DNA from: an uncultured virus (IMG/VR IMGVR_UViG_3300025034_000006)
Taxonomy: Duplodnaviria; Heunggongvirae; Uroviricota; Caudoviricetes
Virus record (IMG/VR): IMGVR_UViG_3300025034_000006
DNA: 46,062 bases
Direction: 5' to 3' (one strand)
Positions within the stretch are counted from its first letter, which is position 1. The number at the start of each line of letters is the position of its first letter. A program made the position numbers and the translations under genes. The notes under the pieces are model-generated. The model was given only the letters and a program-made list of their open reading frames with translations. It did not search any database and was not told the origin of the DNA. Below, in pieces: positions 15,908 to 25,142 of the stretch.

Positions 15908-16438
15908 ATGTTTCACCCACCCATCTTCGTAACCGAGAGCCGCCCCGGCGGCGCGAACGCCAATCACAATCTGTTCCGGATCAAAATCTGGCGCAAGGCT
16001 GTCAGCGGAGCGGCCACCTTGCTGCAAGAAGTGGTGGAGTGGCAGTTCATCGTTCCGATCATGTTGATGATCCCCGTCTTGGTGGGAGGCGCTGGTTATC
16101 TGCTCATCGATTTCCCCTCGAACGTCGAGTTGGGTTTTTGGATGTTCTTGTCCGTTCTGCTGGGGATCGCCAGCCCGATCTACCTGACGCCGGTCACCCG
16201 TGAGATGGAGCTTCGGGGTAAGACCTGCGAAGCTGTCGCAGCGCATCGGGCCTATGGTGTCGATTTCGAAGAGCGCTTCAACATGGAAGCCGGCTCTCTC
16301 ACTTACTACAAGCAGTTCAAGGGTTGGACCCTCGACCGGATCAAAGCCGGGATGCTCAAGAAGGTGCCCTACGCCCAACGCAAGTATGAGGCGAACGCCG
16401 CTTGGGTCCTCAAGTGGAAAGAGAAGCTGGAGAAATAA
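15908..16438 (+). CDS. Membrane protein (two TM segments), unknown function
   Basis: AAGGA RBS; hydrophobic segments. Confidence 0.7.
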   Translation: MFHPPIFVTESRPGGANANHNLFRIKIWRKAVSGAATLLQEVVEWQFIVPIMLMIPVLVGGAGYLLIDFPSNVELGFWMFLSVLLGIASPIYLTPVTREMELRGKTCEAVAAHRAYGVDFEERFNMEAGSLTYYKQFKGWTLDRIKAGMLKKVPYAQRKYEANAAWVLKWKEKLEK

Positions 16439-16439
16439 T

Positions 16440-16607
16440 ATGAGACCTCGTTGGCAAGTCACTCTCCTCTTGCTCACCCTTCCGATCTGGTTCCTTCCGG
16501 CGATGGTCTACGTTGGCTGGATGGAAGCAGGACGAGACATCATCACCAAGGATGTCCCGGTCGGTGTGCCGTGGATGCTCTTCGGTAAGAAGCCACGCGG
16601 ATATTAA
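16440..16607 (+). CDS. Small membrane protein (55 aa)
   Basis: GGAGA RBS; fills gap between neighbours. Confidence 0.65.
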   Translation: MRPRWQVTLLLLTLPIWFLPAMVYVGWMEAGRDIITKDVPVGVPWMLFGKKPRGY

Positions 16608-16610
16608 ACC

Positions 16611-17135
16611 ATGGAAACCTTCTTCATCCTTCTCGGGCAAGCTGTCGTCGGCTGGATCATCGCTGATCTGCTGGGCGGTTTTGTTCATTGGTATCTCGAT
16701 AGGGTTGCCCGGCCGCGCTGGGATTGGCTGGAGAAGTCAGTCTGGGCCCCGAACCGGGTTCACCACGCTGACCCGCTGGCGTTCACCGCTCATGGTTTCT
16801 TCAACCGCAACTCGACGACCTTTGTGGCGGCCAGTGTAGCCGCCGGTTTGTGGCTCTTGGCGTTCGGACCGTCTGTTGTTCTCCTGTTTGCCTACGCCGG
16901 TGGGATGTTGCAGAACGAGGTCCACTACTGGACTCACAAGAAGTCCACCGGTTGGATCAAGGTCATTCAACAAACTGGTGTCATCCAGTCTATCCCAACA
17001 CATGCCCGGCACCACAAACCACCCCAGAACCGGAACTACTGCATCCTGACTGAATGGTGCAACCCGGTGCTGGAGCGTCTGGATGTATGGAACCGGTTGG
17101 AGCGCCGCTTCGGAATCACCGACATTATTACTTGA
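16611..17135 (+). CDS. CarF/TMEM189(PEDS1)/FAD4-type lipid desaturase-domain protein
   Basis: ADLLGGFVHWYLD, HHADP, NEVHYWTH, HARHH..P....YCILTEWCNPVLE histidine boxes. Confidence 0.85.
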   Translation: METFFILLGQAVVGWIIADLLGGFVHWYLDRVARPRWDWLEKSVWAPNRVHHADPLAFTAHGFFNRNSTTFVAASVAAGLWLLAFGPSVVLLFAYAGGMLQNEVHYWTHKKSTGWIKVIQQTGVIQSIPTHARHHKPPQNRNYCILTEWCNPVLERLDVWNRLERRFGITDIIT

Positions 17136-17160
17136 CAGTGGTGGAACATTCTGTTAGGTT
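17132..17160 (+). promoter_or_regulatory. sigma70-type promoter TTGACA-N17-TAGGTT with upstream CACCGACATTAT box
   Basis: Direct match; precedes 370-nt leader and portal. Confidence 0.7.
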
Positions 17161-17165
17161 TACAT

Positions 17166-17515
17166 CAAATCAAATGTAGCATCACGCGCCTAGGCGACAT
17201 CTCGTTGTAAGATCGAGACCACGGGGAGGCGAGTTGGAGGTAGTAAGTCCTTGGTCGGACCGAACCCCGAGACGGACCAATCTGCGATCGAAAAGGCGGA
17301 CTGTCATTTACCGAAGTGCTTGATGTGGTAGGTGAGCCCGGTTCCAGTGGGGCCAGATGGGTAAGCCCCTTCTCACGCGTGGTAGGTCTTACAAGACCGC
17401 TCGAAGCGCGGGGATTGTTTCAGATACCGGCTTCGGCCGGCGGTTGGCCCCGTCATCGGCCTGTCTCCTCCCAGACTGGCCCCCTCGCTCCTCGGATCGA
17501 GAGGGTCCTTTTCCC
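17166..17515 (+). ncRNA. Candidate large structured RNA / 5' leader of portal operon
   Basis: Nested helices 17205-14/17385-94, 17218-23/17378-83, 17224-29/17369-74, 17251-56/17275-80, 17304-12/17327-35; UUCG hairpin 17427-40; no credible ORF. Confidence 0.55.
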
Positions 17516-17529
17516 GGAAGTTCTTCTCC

Positions 17530-19296
17530 TTGGCTGATAAAATCACAAAGCGGCAAGCCCGCACCTTCGCTCAGCGACAGGCGCTCTATGCTACGCGTCA
17601 GTCGAAGCAGCAGATGATGGAGAATGTCCCGCTCTTCGCGAACTGGGACTATGCCAACTGGCGCTTGATCTGGCTGGCGATCCGTCACGCCATGATCGGT
17701 GAAGTAGAGATCAAGAAGCACGGCACCGAATATCTACCCCAGCCGGAAGGCATGGACGAGAGCCAGTATTCGGCCTACCTCGATCGCGCTGTTTTCTACA
17801 ACATGGTTTACCGCACCGTCACCGGCCTTACCGGTGCGATCTATCGGCGTGACCCGCGCCTGATGAAGGCTGGTCCCAAGGTCCGTGAGCTTTCGAAGCG
17901 CATCTCCAAGGACGGTCTGTCCCTCAAGCTGTTCGCCAAGGTCATCACTCAGGAAATGCTTTCGACCGGACGCTACGGCGTTCTGGTTGACAAGACTGAT
18001 GACGCCAACAGCGTGACCGCCAAGCCTTACCTCGCCGGCTACACCTGCGAGAACATCTTGGACTGGACGACGACCGAGATCGAAGGACGCGACGAGTTCG
18101 ACTACATTCTCCTGCGAGAGTTCAGCGTCGATCGCCGCTTCTTCGAAATGGTTGCCGATCAAGTGGTGCCGAATGCCACCTACGGGCAGTTGTTCACTGT
18201 CTACCGCGTCCTGCGTCTGGTCTACAACGACATGGATAATCGCTGGGAATACCGGCAGGAACTCTACGCCCGTGGTTCGGCCGATGCCGATCTTTCGGAA
18301 GAGCCGATCATCACGACCCCGATGGTATTCGGCGTCCCAATGAAGCGCATCCCGTTCCGCTTCTTCAATGCCACGACCAATCTCGGCGACATCGAAAAAC
18401 CGCCGATCCTCGACATCCTCACCCTCAACCTCTCGCACTACAAGAGCTACGCTCAGCTTGAGCATGGCCGCTTCTACACTGCCAACCCGGTCTACTATGT
18501 GTCGGGCGGACAGGAAGACGACGAATACCACATCGGCCCCTCGGTCGTCTGGGAAATCGGAAACGGCGAGAAGGCTGGTATCATCGAGTTCAACGGCTCT
18601 GGTATGAAGAGCCTTGAGAATGCCTTGCAGCAGAAGGAGACGCAAGTCGCTTCGCTGGGTGGGCGTTTGCTGGGAGACTCATCGACCGCCGGCCAGTCGG
18701 ACAATCAGGTCAAGCTCAAGGATCGCAACGAAGCATCCTTGCTCCTCAACGTCACCACGGTCCTCAACGAGAACTTCACTGAGCTTCTGATCATCCTCGG
18801 TAACTGGATGAACGAGCGCTCAGAAGGTCTGGAGTTCCGCGTCAACCAAGACTTCCTGCTCGATCAGGCCGCCGCCCGTGAGTTCCGCGCCATCACGATG
18901 ATGTATCAGGCCGGGCTCATCGGCATCGAGATCATCTATGAATACTTCCTCAAGGCGGATGTTATCCCGGAGTATGTGACTCTGGAAACCTTCACCAAGA
19001 TGCTGGAAGATCAGGCCCAGTTCCCGAACAACCCGGACTTCGCCAGCCGCAAGGAAGGGTTCCCGGATGCCCGGACCCAGCGCGCCGACGAACTGGCTCG
19101 CGATCTCGACGACAACGAAACCGGCCGCCTCGACAGCGAACTGGAATCGGACGAAGCGATTGCCGAACAGGCCCGCAAGTCCGCCGAGAAGGTTGCCAAG
19201 GAACAGCCGAAGATCGCTCCTGTCCCAGCGACCGCAAAGCAAGCAATGCAAAAAGACGCCCCGGCACCAGCGCCAAAGCCGGCACCAAAGGCGTAA
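17530..19296 (+). CDS. Portal protein (DUF4055 type)
   Basis: YLDRAVFYN...RTV.GL.G, KPPILDI..LNLSHY..YA.LEH motifs; first gene of head module; start may be ATG ~17614. Confidence 0.88.
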   Translation: MADKITKRQARTFAQRQALYATRQSKQQMMENVPLFANWDYANWRLIWLAIRHAMIGEVEIKKHGTEYLPQPEGMDESQYSAYLDRAVFYNMVYRTVTGLTGAIYRRDPRLMKAGPKVRELSKRISKDGLSLKLFAKVITQEMLSTGRYGVLVDKTDDANSVTAKPYLAGYTCENILDWTTTEIEGRDEFDYILLREFSVDRRFFEMVADQVVPNATYGQLFTVYRVLRLVYNDMDNRWEYRQELYARGSADADLSEEPIITTPMVFGVPMKRIPFRFFNATTNLGDIEKPPILDILTLNLSHYKSYAQLEHGRFYTANPVYYVSGGQEDDEYHIGPSVVWEIGNGEKAGIIEFNGSGMKSLENALQQKETQVASLGGRLLGDSSTAGQSDNQVKLKDRNEASLLLNVTTVLNENFTELLIILGNWMNERSEGLEFRVNQDFLLDQAAAREFRAITMMYQAGLIGIEIIYEYFLKADVIPEYVTLETFTKMLEDQAQFPNNPDFASRKEGFPDARTQRADELARDLDDNETGRLDSELESDEAIAEQARKSAEKVAKEQPKIAPVPATAKQAMQKDAPAPAPKPAPKA

Positions 19297-19299
19297 CCT

Positions 19300-19476
19300 A
19301 TGAGTAACCCGGACTACGACATCCACTTGGATCGCGGCCAGTTCAATTCTTTGTTCGATGATGATGGAGAGTCCGGGTTCCCATACGGGGAAGATTTGGA
19401 TGATATTGAACGTGCCATAGCCGAAGAACTAGGCCCTCCAAAACCTAGGAAGAAACGGAAGAAGGCAAAAAAGTAA
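19300..19476 (+). CDS. 58-aa protein, acidic N-half and basic tail (PKPRKKRKKAKK)
   Basis: ATG 3 nt after portal stop; read by hand. Confidence 0.55.
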   Translation: MSNPDYDIHLDRGQFNSLFDDDGESGFPYGEDLDDIERAIAEELGPPKPRKKRKKAKK

Positions 19477-19505
19477 CTTTTTTATTCCATCACCGCCATT
19501 TTAGC

Positions 19506-19534
19506 TTGACAGTGCATGGAAAATCTCGTATCCT
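19506..19534 (+). promoter_or_regulatory. Promoter TTGACA-N17-TATCCT with upstream CACCGCCATTTT box
   Basis: Direct match upstream of scaffold/capsid operon. Confidence 0.75.
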
Positions 19535-19765
19535 TGTCGGCATATTGGAATTGAAAGCGTTTACCGGGGTCCGGATCAACCGCTTCTTCCACTTTCCCAC
19601 AAACATGGCTCCGGGGGAGCCTCTACCCAATCCCCAAGGTTCGGAACAAGAAGTAACGCGTCGGTGCGCCGGCAGTCAGCCTTCTTGTTCTGGAAATCCT
19701 CTGGAGGGTCCGGAGGTCGCGATGTGAGACGCGTTCATCTCCAGAACCCTCGGTGAGGATTTCCA

Positions 19766-20554
19766 ATGCCCATTATCAATTTCAACACCCTCGAAGAAGT
19801 TCCGGCGGAACTCCGCGAGTATGCCAAGGCTGACGAAGAGTCCGGCAAGTTCGCCGTCAATGTCGTCCCCAACCAGAAGCTCGTCGAGTTTCGTGAAAAG
19901 AATATCGACCTGAGCAAGCGGCTCGAAGCGGTCACTCCGACCCTCGCCCGTGTTCAGGAAATCGCCGGCGAAGACCTCGATGCCTTCGTCAATGACCTCA
20001 ACGGTCTCCGCGACATCGCCCAGCGGGTGAAGGACGGGGAACTCAAGACCGACGACCAGATCGAATCTGCGGTTCAGGACCGCATCAAGGTTCTCCGGGA
20101 TGGCTACGACGAAAACTCGAAGGCGCTCCGCAAGGAACTGACCGAATACCAGCAGAAGGCCCAGACGCTCACCGAGCGACTGAACCGCACTGTTATCGAC
20201 AAGGAAGTCACAGCGGCCGTCATCGTGCCGGAAAGTGGTGTCCAGCCTCAGGCCCTGCCGGACATTCTCCAGCGTGCCTACGGTCTCTTCAAGATCGAGG
20301 ACGGACAACTGGTTCCGAAGCGCGGCGAAAGCGTGATTTACGGCAGCGACGGCGCAAGCCCGATGAGCGTTTCCGAATGGCTCATCAAGCTCCGCGACGA
20401 AGCGCCCCACTACTTCAAGGGCAATACCGGCGGCGGCGCTGCTGGTGGCAAGGAAGAGAAGATTGGCGGCATGACCGCTGCTCAGATCGCCCAGCTTTCG
20501 CCCATGCAACGCCTTGAACTGGCGAACAAGACCAACGGCAACAAGGGTCGTTAA
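19766..20554 (+). CDS. Capsid scaffolding protein
   Basis: Coiled-coil, C-terminal APHYFKG..GGGA; immediately before capsid gene. Confidence 0.75.
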   Translation: MPIINFNTLEEVPAELREYAKADEESGKFAVNVVPNQKLVEFREKNIDLSKRLEAVTPTLARVQEIAGEDLDAFVNDLNGLRDIAQRVKDGELKTDDQIESAVQDRIKVLRDGYDENSKALRKELTEYQQKAQTLTERLNRTVIDKEVTAAVIVPESGVQPQALPDILQRAYGLFKIEDGQLVPKRGESVIYGSDGASPMSVSEWLIKLRDEAPHYFKGNTGGGAAGGKEEKIGGMTAAQIAQLSPMQRLELANKTNGNKGR

Positions 20555-20679
20555 GGTTAACGGCTTCGGTCGGTCGTCAGTTCCACGAGATCACCCCGGC
20601 TTTGGTAGCCTGTCGGGGTTAGTCAATCAACCCCTCAGGCTACCGACGACCAACCACCACTCTCTAGGAGTTTTTCAAT

Positions 20680-21606
20680 ATGCTCACTCTGCACGAGGCA
20701 TCCAAGCTCGTCGATGGTGATCTCAAGCGTCAGGCGATCATCGAGATGTTCGCTGGCTCGACCGATCTCATGGCCGCTCTGCCCCTCATGGATATTCCGG
20801 GTAACTCGTATAGCTACGCTCAGGAAGCGAAGCTGCCGAGCGTCGGGTTCCGTGGTTACAACCAAGGCTATGACGCGTCGATCGGCGTGATCAACCCGCA
20901 GTCCGAAACCCTCCGCATCGCCGGTGGTGAACTGGATGTCGATACCGCGCTCGTCAAGACGCACGGCATCGGTGTTCGCACCCGTCAGGAAGCGATGCAG
21001 GTCAAGGCAATGGGTGCCAAGATCACCGCAGCCTTCATCAACGGCGACTCCAGCGATGGCGTTTCGTTCGATGGTCTGCGTGCCCGCGTCAATGGTTACC
21101 AGCTTCTGGCAGCCGACGAAGACAGCCCGGCCGCAAACGGCCCGCTGAGCCTCGCAACGCTCGACGAAGCGATCGACCGTGTGGACAATCCGACCCACAT
21201 CATCATGTCCAAGCGTATGCGCAACCTGCTCTCGCAGGCCGCAAAGGACAAGGATGTCGGCGGTGACCTCCAGTGGTCGAAGGACGACTTCGGCCGTCGC
21301 GTTGGCTTCTACAACGACCTGCCGATCCTCATCACTGAGGACGACGACAAGGGCGAGAAGATCATCGACTTCAACGAAGCCGGCCCGGCCGGTGGTGCAG
21401 TCAGCCAGTCCGTCTATGTCGTGAGCATGGGCGACGGCAAGATCGTCGGCCTCCAGAACGGCATCATGGATGTCCGCGATCTGGGCGAGATCGACGCAAT
21501 GCCGGTTTACCGCACCCGCGTCGAGTGGCTGATTGCCATGGCCGTCATGCACGGCAAGGCAGTGGCCCGCATCTGGGGCATCACCAACGCGGCGATCGTT
21601 CGCTAA
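20680..21606 (+). CDS. Major capsid protein (HK97 fold)
   Basis: MLTLHEASKL, LPSVGFRGYN, GGELDVD, FDGL, YRTRVEW motifs; size and position. Confidence 0.9.
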   Translation: MLTLHEASKLVDGDLKRQAIIEMFAGSTDLMAALPLMDIPGNSYSYAQEAKLPSVGFRGYNQGYDASIGVINPQSETLRIAGGELDVDTALVKTHGIGVRTRQEAMQVKAMGAKITAAFINGDSSDGVSFDGLRARVNGYQLLAADEDSPAANGPLSLATLDEAIDRVDNPTHIIMSKRMRNLLSQAAKDKDVGGDLQWSKDDFGRRVGFYNDLPILITEDDDKGEKIIDFNEAGPAGGAVSQSVYVVSMGDGKIVGLQNGIMDVRDLGEIDAMPVYRTRVEWLIAMAVMHGKAVARIWGITNAAIVR

Positions 21607-21680
21607 GTTGGTAGGTGGGGGAGGTCTTCGGACTTCCCCACTGACCCTCCTCCACCAAACCTACCTCAGGAGTCATTCAA

Positions 21681-22124
21681 ATGGCAAAGCTCAAGTCCAA
21701 CTTCAAGTATATGCTGGATGCTGCACCGTCGATCACTTTCCGTGACGCTGCCGCTGCCCCGCTGACCGCAGACGGCAACACTGCTGCAATCGTTCTCGAC
21801 ACCCTCGACGGTTACTGGAACGACAACAACGAACTCGCCGACAGCACCTTCGCGATCGTCGTGAACGTCAACGCTCTCGCCACCGCCGGTGCCGATGAAG
21901 AGTATGTTCTCAACCTCGTGGCAGGCCCGGTTGGCTTCGCAACCTCGACTGTGGTCGGGACCATCACGGTCCTCGAAACCGGCCAGCACGTCTTCCTCGT
22001 TGACATCGATACTGTCCGCAAGTCGGTTCCCGACGCTGCTGCTCTGCGTATCGCCGTTGACGTGACCGGCGTTGCACCGTCGATCGACTTCGTTGCCTTC
22101 ATCGGCGGCGCGATCATCCGCTAA
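21681..22124 (+). CDS. Minor capsid/decoration protein
   Basis: Beta-rich, follows capsid gene, AGGAG RBS. Confidence 0.6.
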   Translation: MAKLKSNFKYMLDAAPSITFRDAAAAPLTADGNTAAIVLDTLDGYWNDNNELADSTFAIVVNVNALATAGADEEYVLNLVAGPVGFATSTVVGTITVLETGQHVFLVDIDTVRKSVPDAAALRIAVDVTGVAPSIDFVAFIGGAIIR

Positions 22125-22131
22125 GTCTTAG

Positions 22132-22156
22132 AGGGCCGGGTAACACCGGCCCTTTT
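22132..22156 (+). terminator. Intrinsic terminator
   Basis: AGGGCCGG-GTAACA-CCGGCCCT-TTT. Confidence 0.65.
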
Positions 22157-22184
22157 CGGCCCGACCCAGACTTAGGAGTAACCC

Positions 22185-22667
22185 ATGCAGAACCCGAACA
22201 CCGTGACGGTCTACAGCCCTGAGGGCGAACCGTTCGAAATGAGCCGTGTGAACGCACGCGACCTTTGCAGCCACCGTGGCTGGTCGATGTCGCCGCTGAC
22301 TGTTCCGCCGGTCAAGGCTGAAAAGCCCGCTGAGATCAAGACCGAAACACCGGTCGAAACCAAGGAAGAAACCCATGCCGAAGCTGACAGCGAAGGAAGC
22401 GGGCAAGCTGATGCCACCGGTGAAACCGAAGATGGCGAAGGCGAAGGGACAGAAGGCAGCACCAGCGGCGAAACGCCGGGATCGGAACAAGAAGATGTAT
22501 TGACCGATCCGGTCATCTTCACAACCGAAGAGCAGTTCGCTGGAATGACCGATCGTGAAGATGTGGTGGTCTATCTGGCAGGCGCTTTCCCTGACTTCAA
22601 GCCCCACCACAAGGCAGGTCGCGACGGCCTCGTTGCCAAGGCAATCGAACTCGCAACGGGCGAATAA
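22185..22667 (+). CDS. Hypothetical protein with acidic low-complexity linker
   Basis: AGGAG RBS. Confidence 0.75.
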   Translation: MQNPNTVTVYSPEGEPFEMSRVNARDLCSHRGWSMSPLTVPPVKAEKPAEIKTETPVETKEETHAEADSEGSGQADATGETEDGEGEGTEGSTSGETPGSEQEDVLTDPVIFTTEEQFAGMTDREDVVVYLAGAFPDFKPHHKAGRDGLVAKAIELATGE

Positions 22668-22696
22668 TCAACAATCAATACCGCTAAGGCGGCTCC

Positions 22697-22736
22697 GGGC
22701 TTGGCAGGCAATTAGCTTGCCAAGCCCTTTCCTTTT
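22697..22736 (+). terminator. Intrinsic terminator
   Basis: GGGCTTGGCAGGC-AATTA-GCTTGCCAAGCCC-TTTCCTTTT. Confidence 0.8.
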
Positions 22737-22749
22737 CAAGGACTTTCTC

Positions 22750-23175
22750 ATGGGAAAGCACCTAAAACCAGAACCCAACACAGTCCGTGGTATCTGTATC
22801 GAATGTGGTGAAAAACCTCAAAGAAGCGCTGGTAAAAGAGCAGATGGAAAAACTAAATTTTCATCCTTATGCGGAAAATGCACTCACCAAAGAAATCCAC
22901 AAAAGAAGCCAAGCAAGCGCCCAGAAAGATACTGGGAAAATTGGAAAAGAAGTAGTTACAGAAGCCACAAAAAGGACAAGTGCGAGGAATGTGGTTTTAT
23001 ACCACAAGACCCCTGTCAACTCGATGTGGATCATATTGATGGAGATCATAACAACCATGATCCCAAAAACCTACAAACCTTGTGCGCAAATTGTCATCGA
23101 TTGAAAACCAAGATGAATGGCGACGGGGTTTACCGGAATAAACAAGCAGGAGCAACCCATGGCACTCGTAGTTGA
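22750..23175 (+). CDS. HNH endonuclease (free-standing, A-rich insert)
   Basis: CEECG...LDVDHIDGDHNNHDPKNLQTLCANCHRLKT; N-terminal CxxC pairs; AAGGA RBS. Confidence 0.92.
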   Translation: MGKHLKPEPNTVRGICIECGEKPQRSAGKRADGKTKFSSLCGKCTHQRNPQKKPSKRPERYWENWKRSSYRSHKKDKCEECGFIPQDPCQLDVDHIDGDHNNHDPKNLQTLCANCHRLKTKMNGDGVYRNKQAGATHGTRS

Positions 23176-23668
23176 AGATGGCACCGGTGTGGTCACCGCG
23201 AATGCCTATGCATCGGTCGAAGAGGTCGATGAAATTCTGGGTGTCAACATCCACTCACAGTGGAGCCTTATCGTTGATGTGGAGACCAAGGAAAAGCTGA
23301 TCCAATGGGCCAGCCGCATCCTTGATGAACGCGTCAAGTGGTTCGGTAAAAAGACCCACCCCACCAGCGGCCGGGCATGGCCTCGCGTCATGGTCAAAGA
23401 TCGCGAAGGCCTCTTGATCGAAGACAACGTTGTGCCGTTGGCTGTCAAGGTTGCTACGGCTGAGCTTGCCGACCATCTTCTGGCCGGTGACCCTGAGACC
23501 GCAAACACCGGATCGAACATCACGGCGCTACAAGTCGATGTGGTTATGATCAAGTTCGACGCCCGCCTCGATGCCGAACGCTTCCCGCCCAACCTTTCGA
23601 AAATCCTTTACGGACTCGGCTTTATGTCGTTCGGCCGTGGTGGGCCCAAGAAGATCATCAAGCACTAA
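23159..23668 (+). CDS. Head-tail adaptor (putative DnaT-like family)
   Basis: MALVVEDGTG...ANAYASV, G.K.......AWPR, VP..VK.ATAELA. Confidence 0.8.
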   Translation: MALVVEDGTGVVTANAYASVEEVDEILGVNIHSQWSLIVDVETKEKLIQWASRILDERVKWFGKKTHPTSGRAWPRVMVKDREGLLIEDNVVPLAVKVATAELADHLLAGDPETANTGSNITALQVDVVMIKFDARLDAERFPPNLSKILYGLGFMSFGRGGPKKIIKH

Positions 23669-23671
23669 GTC

Positions 23672-24055
23672 ATGGCACTCAACGACATCATCAAGCAGCA
23701 GGTGACCAATGCGTTCACCAACATCCTAGCACCGGGTGGTCTCACAGAGTCCATCACGATGAAGTATTTCGTCGCCGACGGTGTATTCGATGTTGAGGAA
23801 GATACGGCAGTGCCGCAGTTCAACGACGTTCCGGATGTCATTGCTCTGGTCGCCAAGCCGACATTTGACGACATGAAGAACCACAAGGTGGTCATGGCTG
23901 ATGTCAAGCTGGTGATCGCCGGTCCACTACTTCCAGCAGAGCCGCAAGCTGACACCGATAAGGTGATCCGGGCAAACGGCGAGGAATGGGATGTCCGCAA
24001 GGTCGTCGGCGTTCCGGGCGGATCGGTGTGGCTGGTTTTCATCTATCGGACCTAA
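23672..24055 (+). CDS. Head closure/stopper protein
   Basis: Position and size in neck module. Confidence 0.6.
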   Translation: MALNDIIKQQVTNAFTNILAPGGLTESITMKYFVADGVFDVEEDTAVPQFNDVPDVIALVAKPTFDDMKNHKVVMADVKLVIAGPLLPAEPQADTDKVIRANGEEWDVRKVVGVPGGSVWLVFIYRT

Positions 24056-24056
24056 T

Positions 24057-24551
24057 ATGGCCGGCGCACGTCTCGAAGGCCGGCAGCAGGCCCATGCAGC
24101 AGCAATGGCATCGATCGAAGCGCTGGAACGGAAGTTCGCTCAGAACATCCAGAATCTGGTGGAAGAAATCGACCATCACATCAAGGCGCTGACCCCGGTC
24201 AACACCGGTCAAGCAGTTCGCAATTATATCTGGTCGATCAACAACCCAAACCCGGTTGTTTATCAAGCGATCAATAATGGCGATCCCGGCCGCACCAACC
24301 AGATGGCCTTGGGGACCGAACCCCGGCGTGGTGTGAACGAAGCAGCGGCCGCCGAAAGCATGAACACCCTTGGGTTGATGAGCAATCCGTTCGGGGTGAT
24401 CTACCTGACCAACAATTCTCCGGACATCGTGGGACTTGAAATGGGTATCCTACCGGGCCCGCCTTTCAAATCACGTTCGCCTCGCGGAATGTTCGGCGTC
24501 ACCGAAGCCTACTTCAACGCGCTGATCAAAGCACAAGGAATACTCAGGTGA
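24057..24551 (+). CDS. Neck/tail-completion protein (HK97 gp10-like)
   Basis: TPVNTGQAVRNY, IYLTNN.P.I..LE.G, S..PRGM. Confidence 0.7.
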   Translation: MAGARLEGRQQAHAAAMASIEALERKFAQNIQNLVEEIDHHIKALTPVNTGQAVRNYIWSINNPNPVVYQAINNGDPGRTNQMALGTEPRRGVNEAAAAESMNTLGLMSNPFGVIYLTNNSPDIVGLEMGILPGPPFKSRSPRGMFGVTEAYFNALIKAQGILR

Positions 24552-24988
24552 GTAAAGAAGCAGAGCGGGTCTATCTGACCAACAAGATGAAGGCTCGGGC
24601 CGACGAACTGGGATTCCCGATCTCTTATCCCAATCACCAGTTCAACATCCCAGTCAATGACATCTATGGTGAGTTTCACATCATGTCAGGGCCAAAGCCC
24701 ATCATCGTCGGGGGTGAAGGTAAGGGACGTATCAGAGTCCGCTACGTCGGTATGGTGCAGCTTACGGTTTACATCCCCAAGGACAAGGGGACTAAGAAGG
24801 CCGCCCTTGCTCAGGATGTGTTCAAGGAAATCTTCCAGTTCAAACTCGGGCGTGACGCTGAGCAATCCAGCTACAAGTTCGGTGTCCTCCAAGACTACAA
24901 CCCGGAAACCAAAGTGGGTTGGGAATGCTATGTGGTTCGGGTGAGTTTCCAGCGGGATTCAATTGAGACTGTCCAGATCAGCGAATAA
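24548..24988 (+). CDS. Tail terminator protein
   Basis: Position before tube gene; GMVQLTVYIPKDKG motif. Confidence 0.65.
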   Translation: MSKEAERVYLTNKMKARADELGFPISYPNHQFNIPVNDIYGEFHIMSGPKPIIVGGEGKGRIRVRYVGMVQLTVYIPKDKGTKKAALAQDVFKEIFQFKLGRDAEQSSYKFGVLQDYNPETKVGWECYVVRVSFQRDSIETVQISE

Positions 24989-25033
24989 TTTTAGGCAACA
25001 CCGACATTATGGCTGCGTGAACGACATTCTCGC

Positions 25034-25062
25034 TTGACACGTTAACCATTTTCGTTTACCAT
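25034..25062 (+). promoter_or_regulatory. Promoter TTGACA-N17-TACCAT with upstream CGACATT boxes and GTTAACC in spacer
   Basis: Direct match upstream of tail tube gene. Confidence 0.7.
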
Positions 25063-25142
25063 TGGCGTCTTAATTCCGCCCCTTTGGATGGGGCTGCGTT
25101 TAGACGCATCACTCCACCATAACTGAGAAGGGCAATTCCAAA

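Noticed and set aside
17230..17440. RNase P RNA or group I intron (GAGG..AAGTCC and CAGATACCGGCTT)
   Set aside because: The P4 complementarity fails, CCGGCTTCGGCCGG is a local UUCG hairpin, and intron core elements are not in the required order
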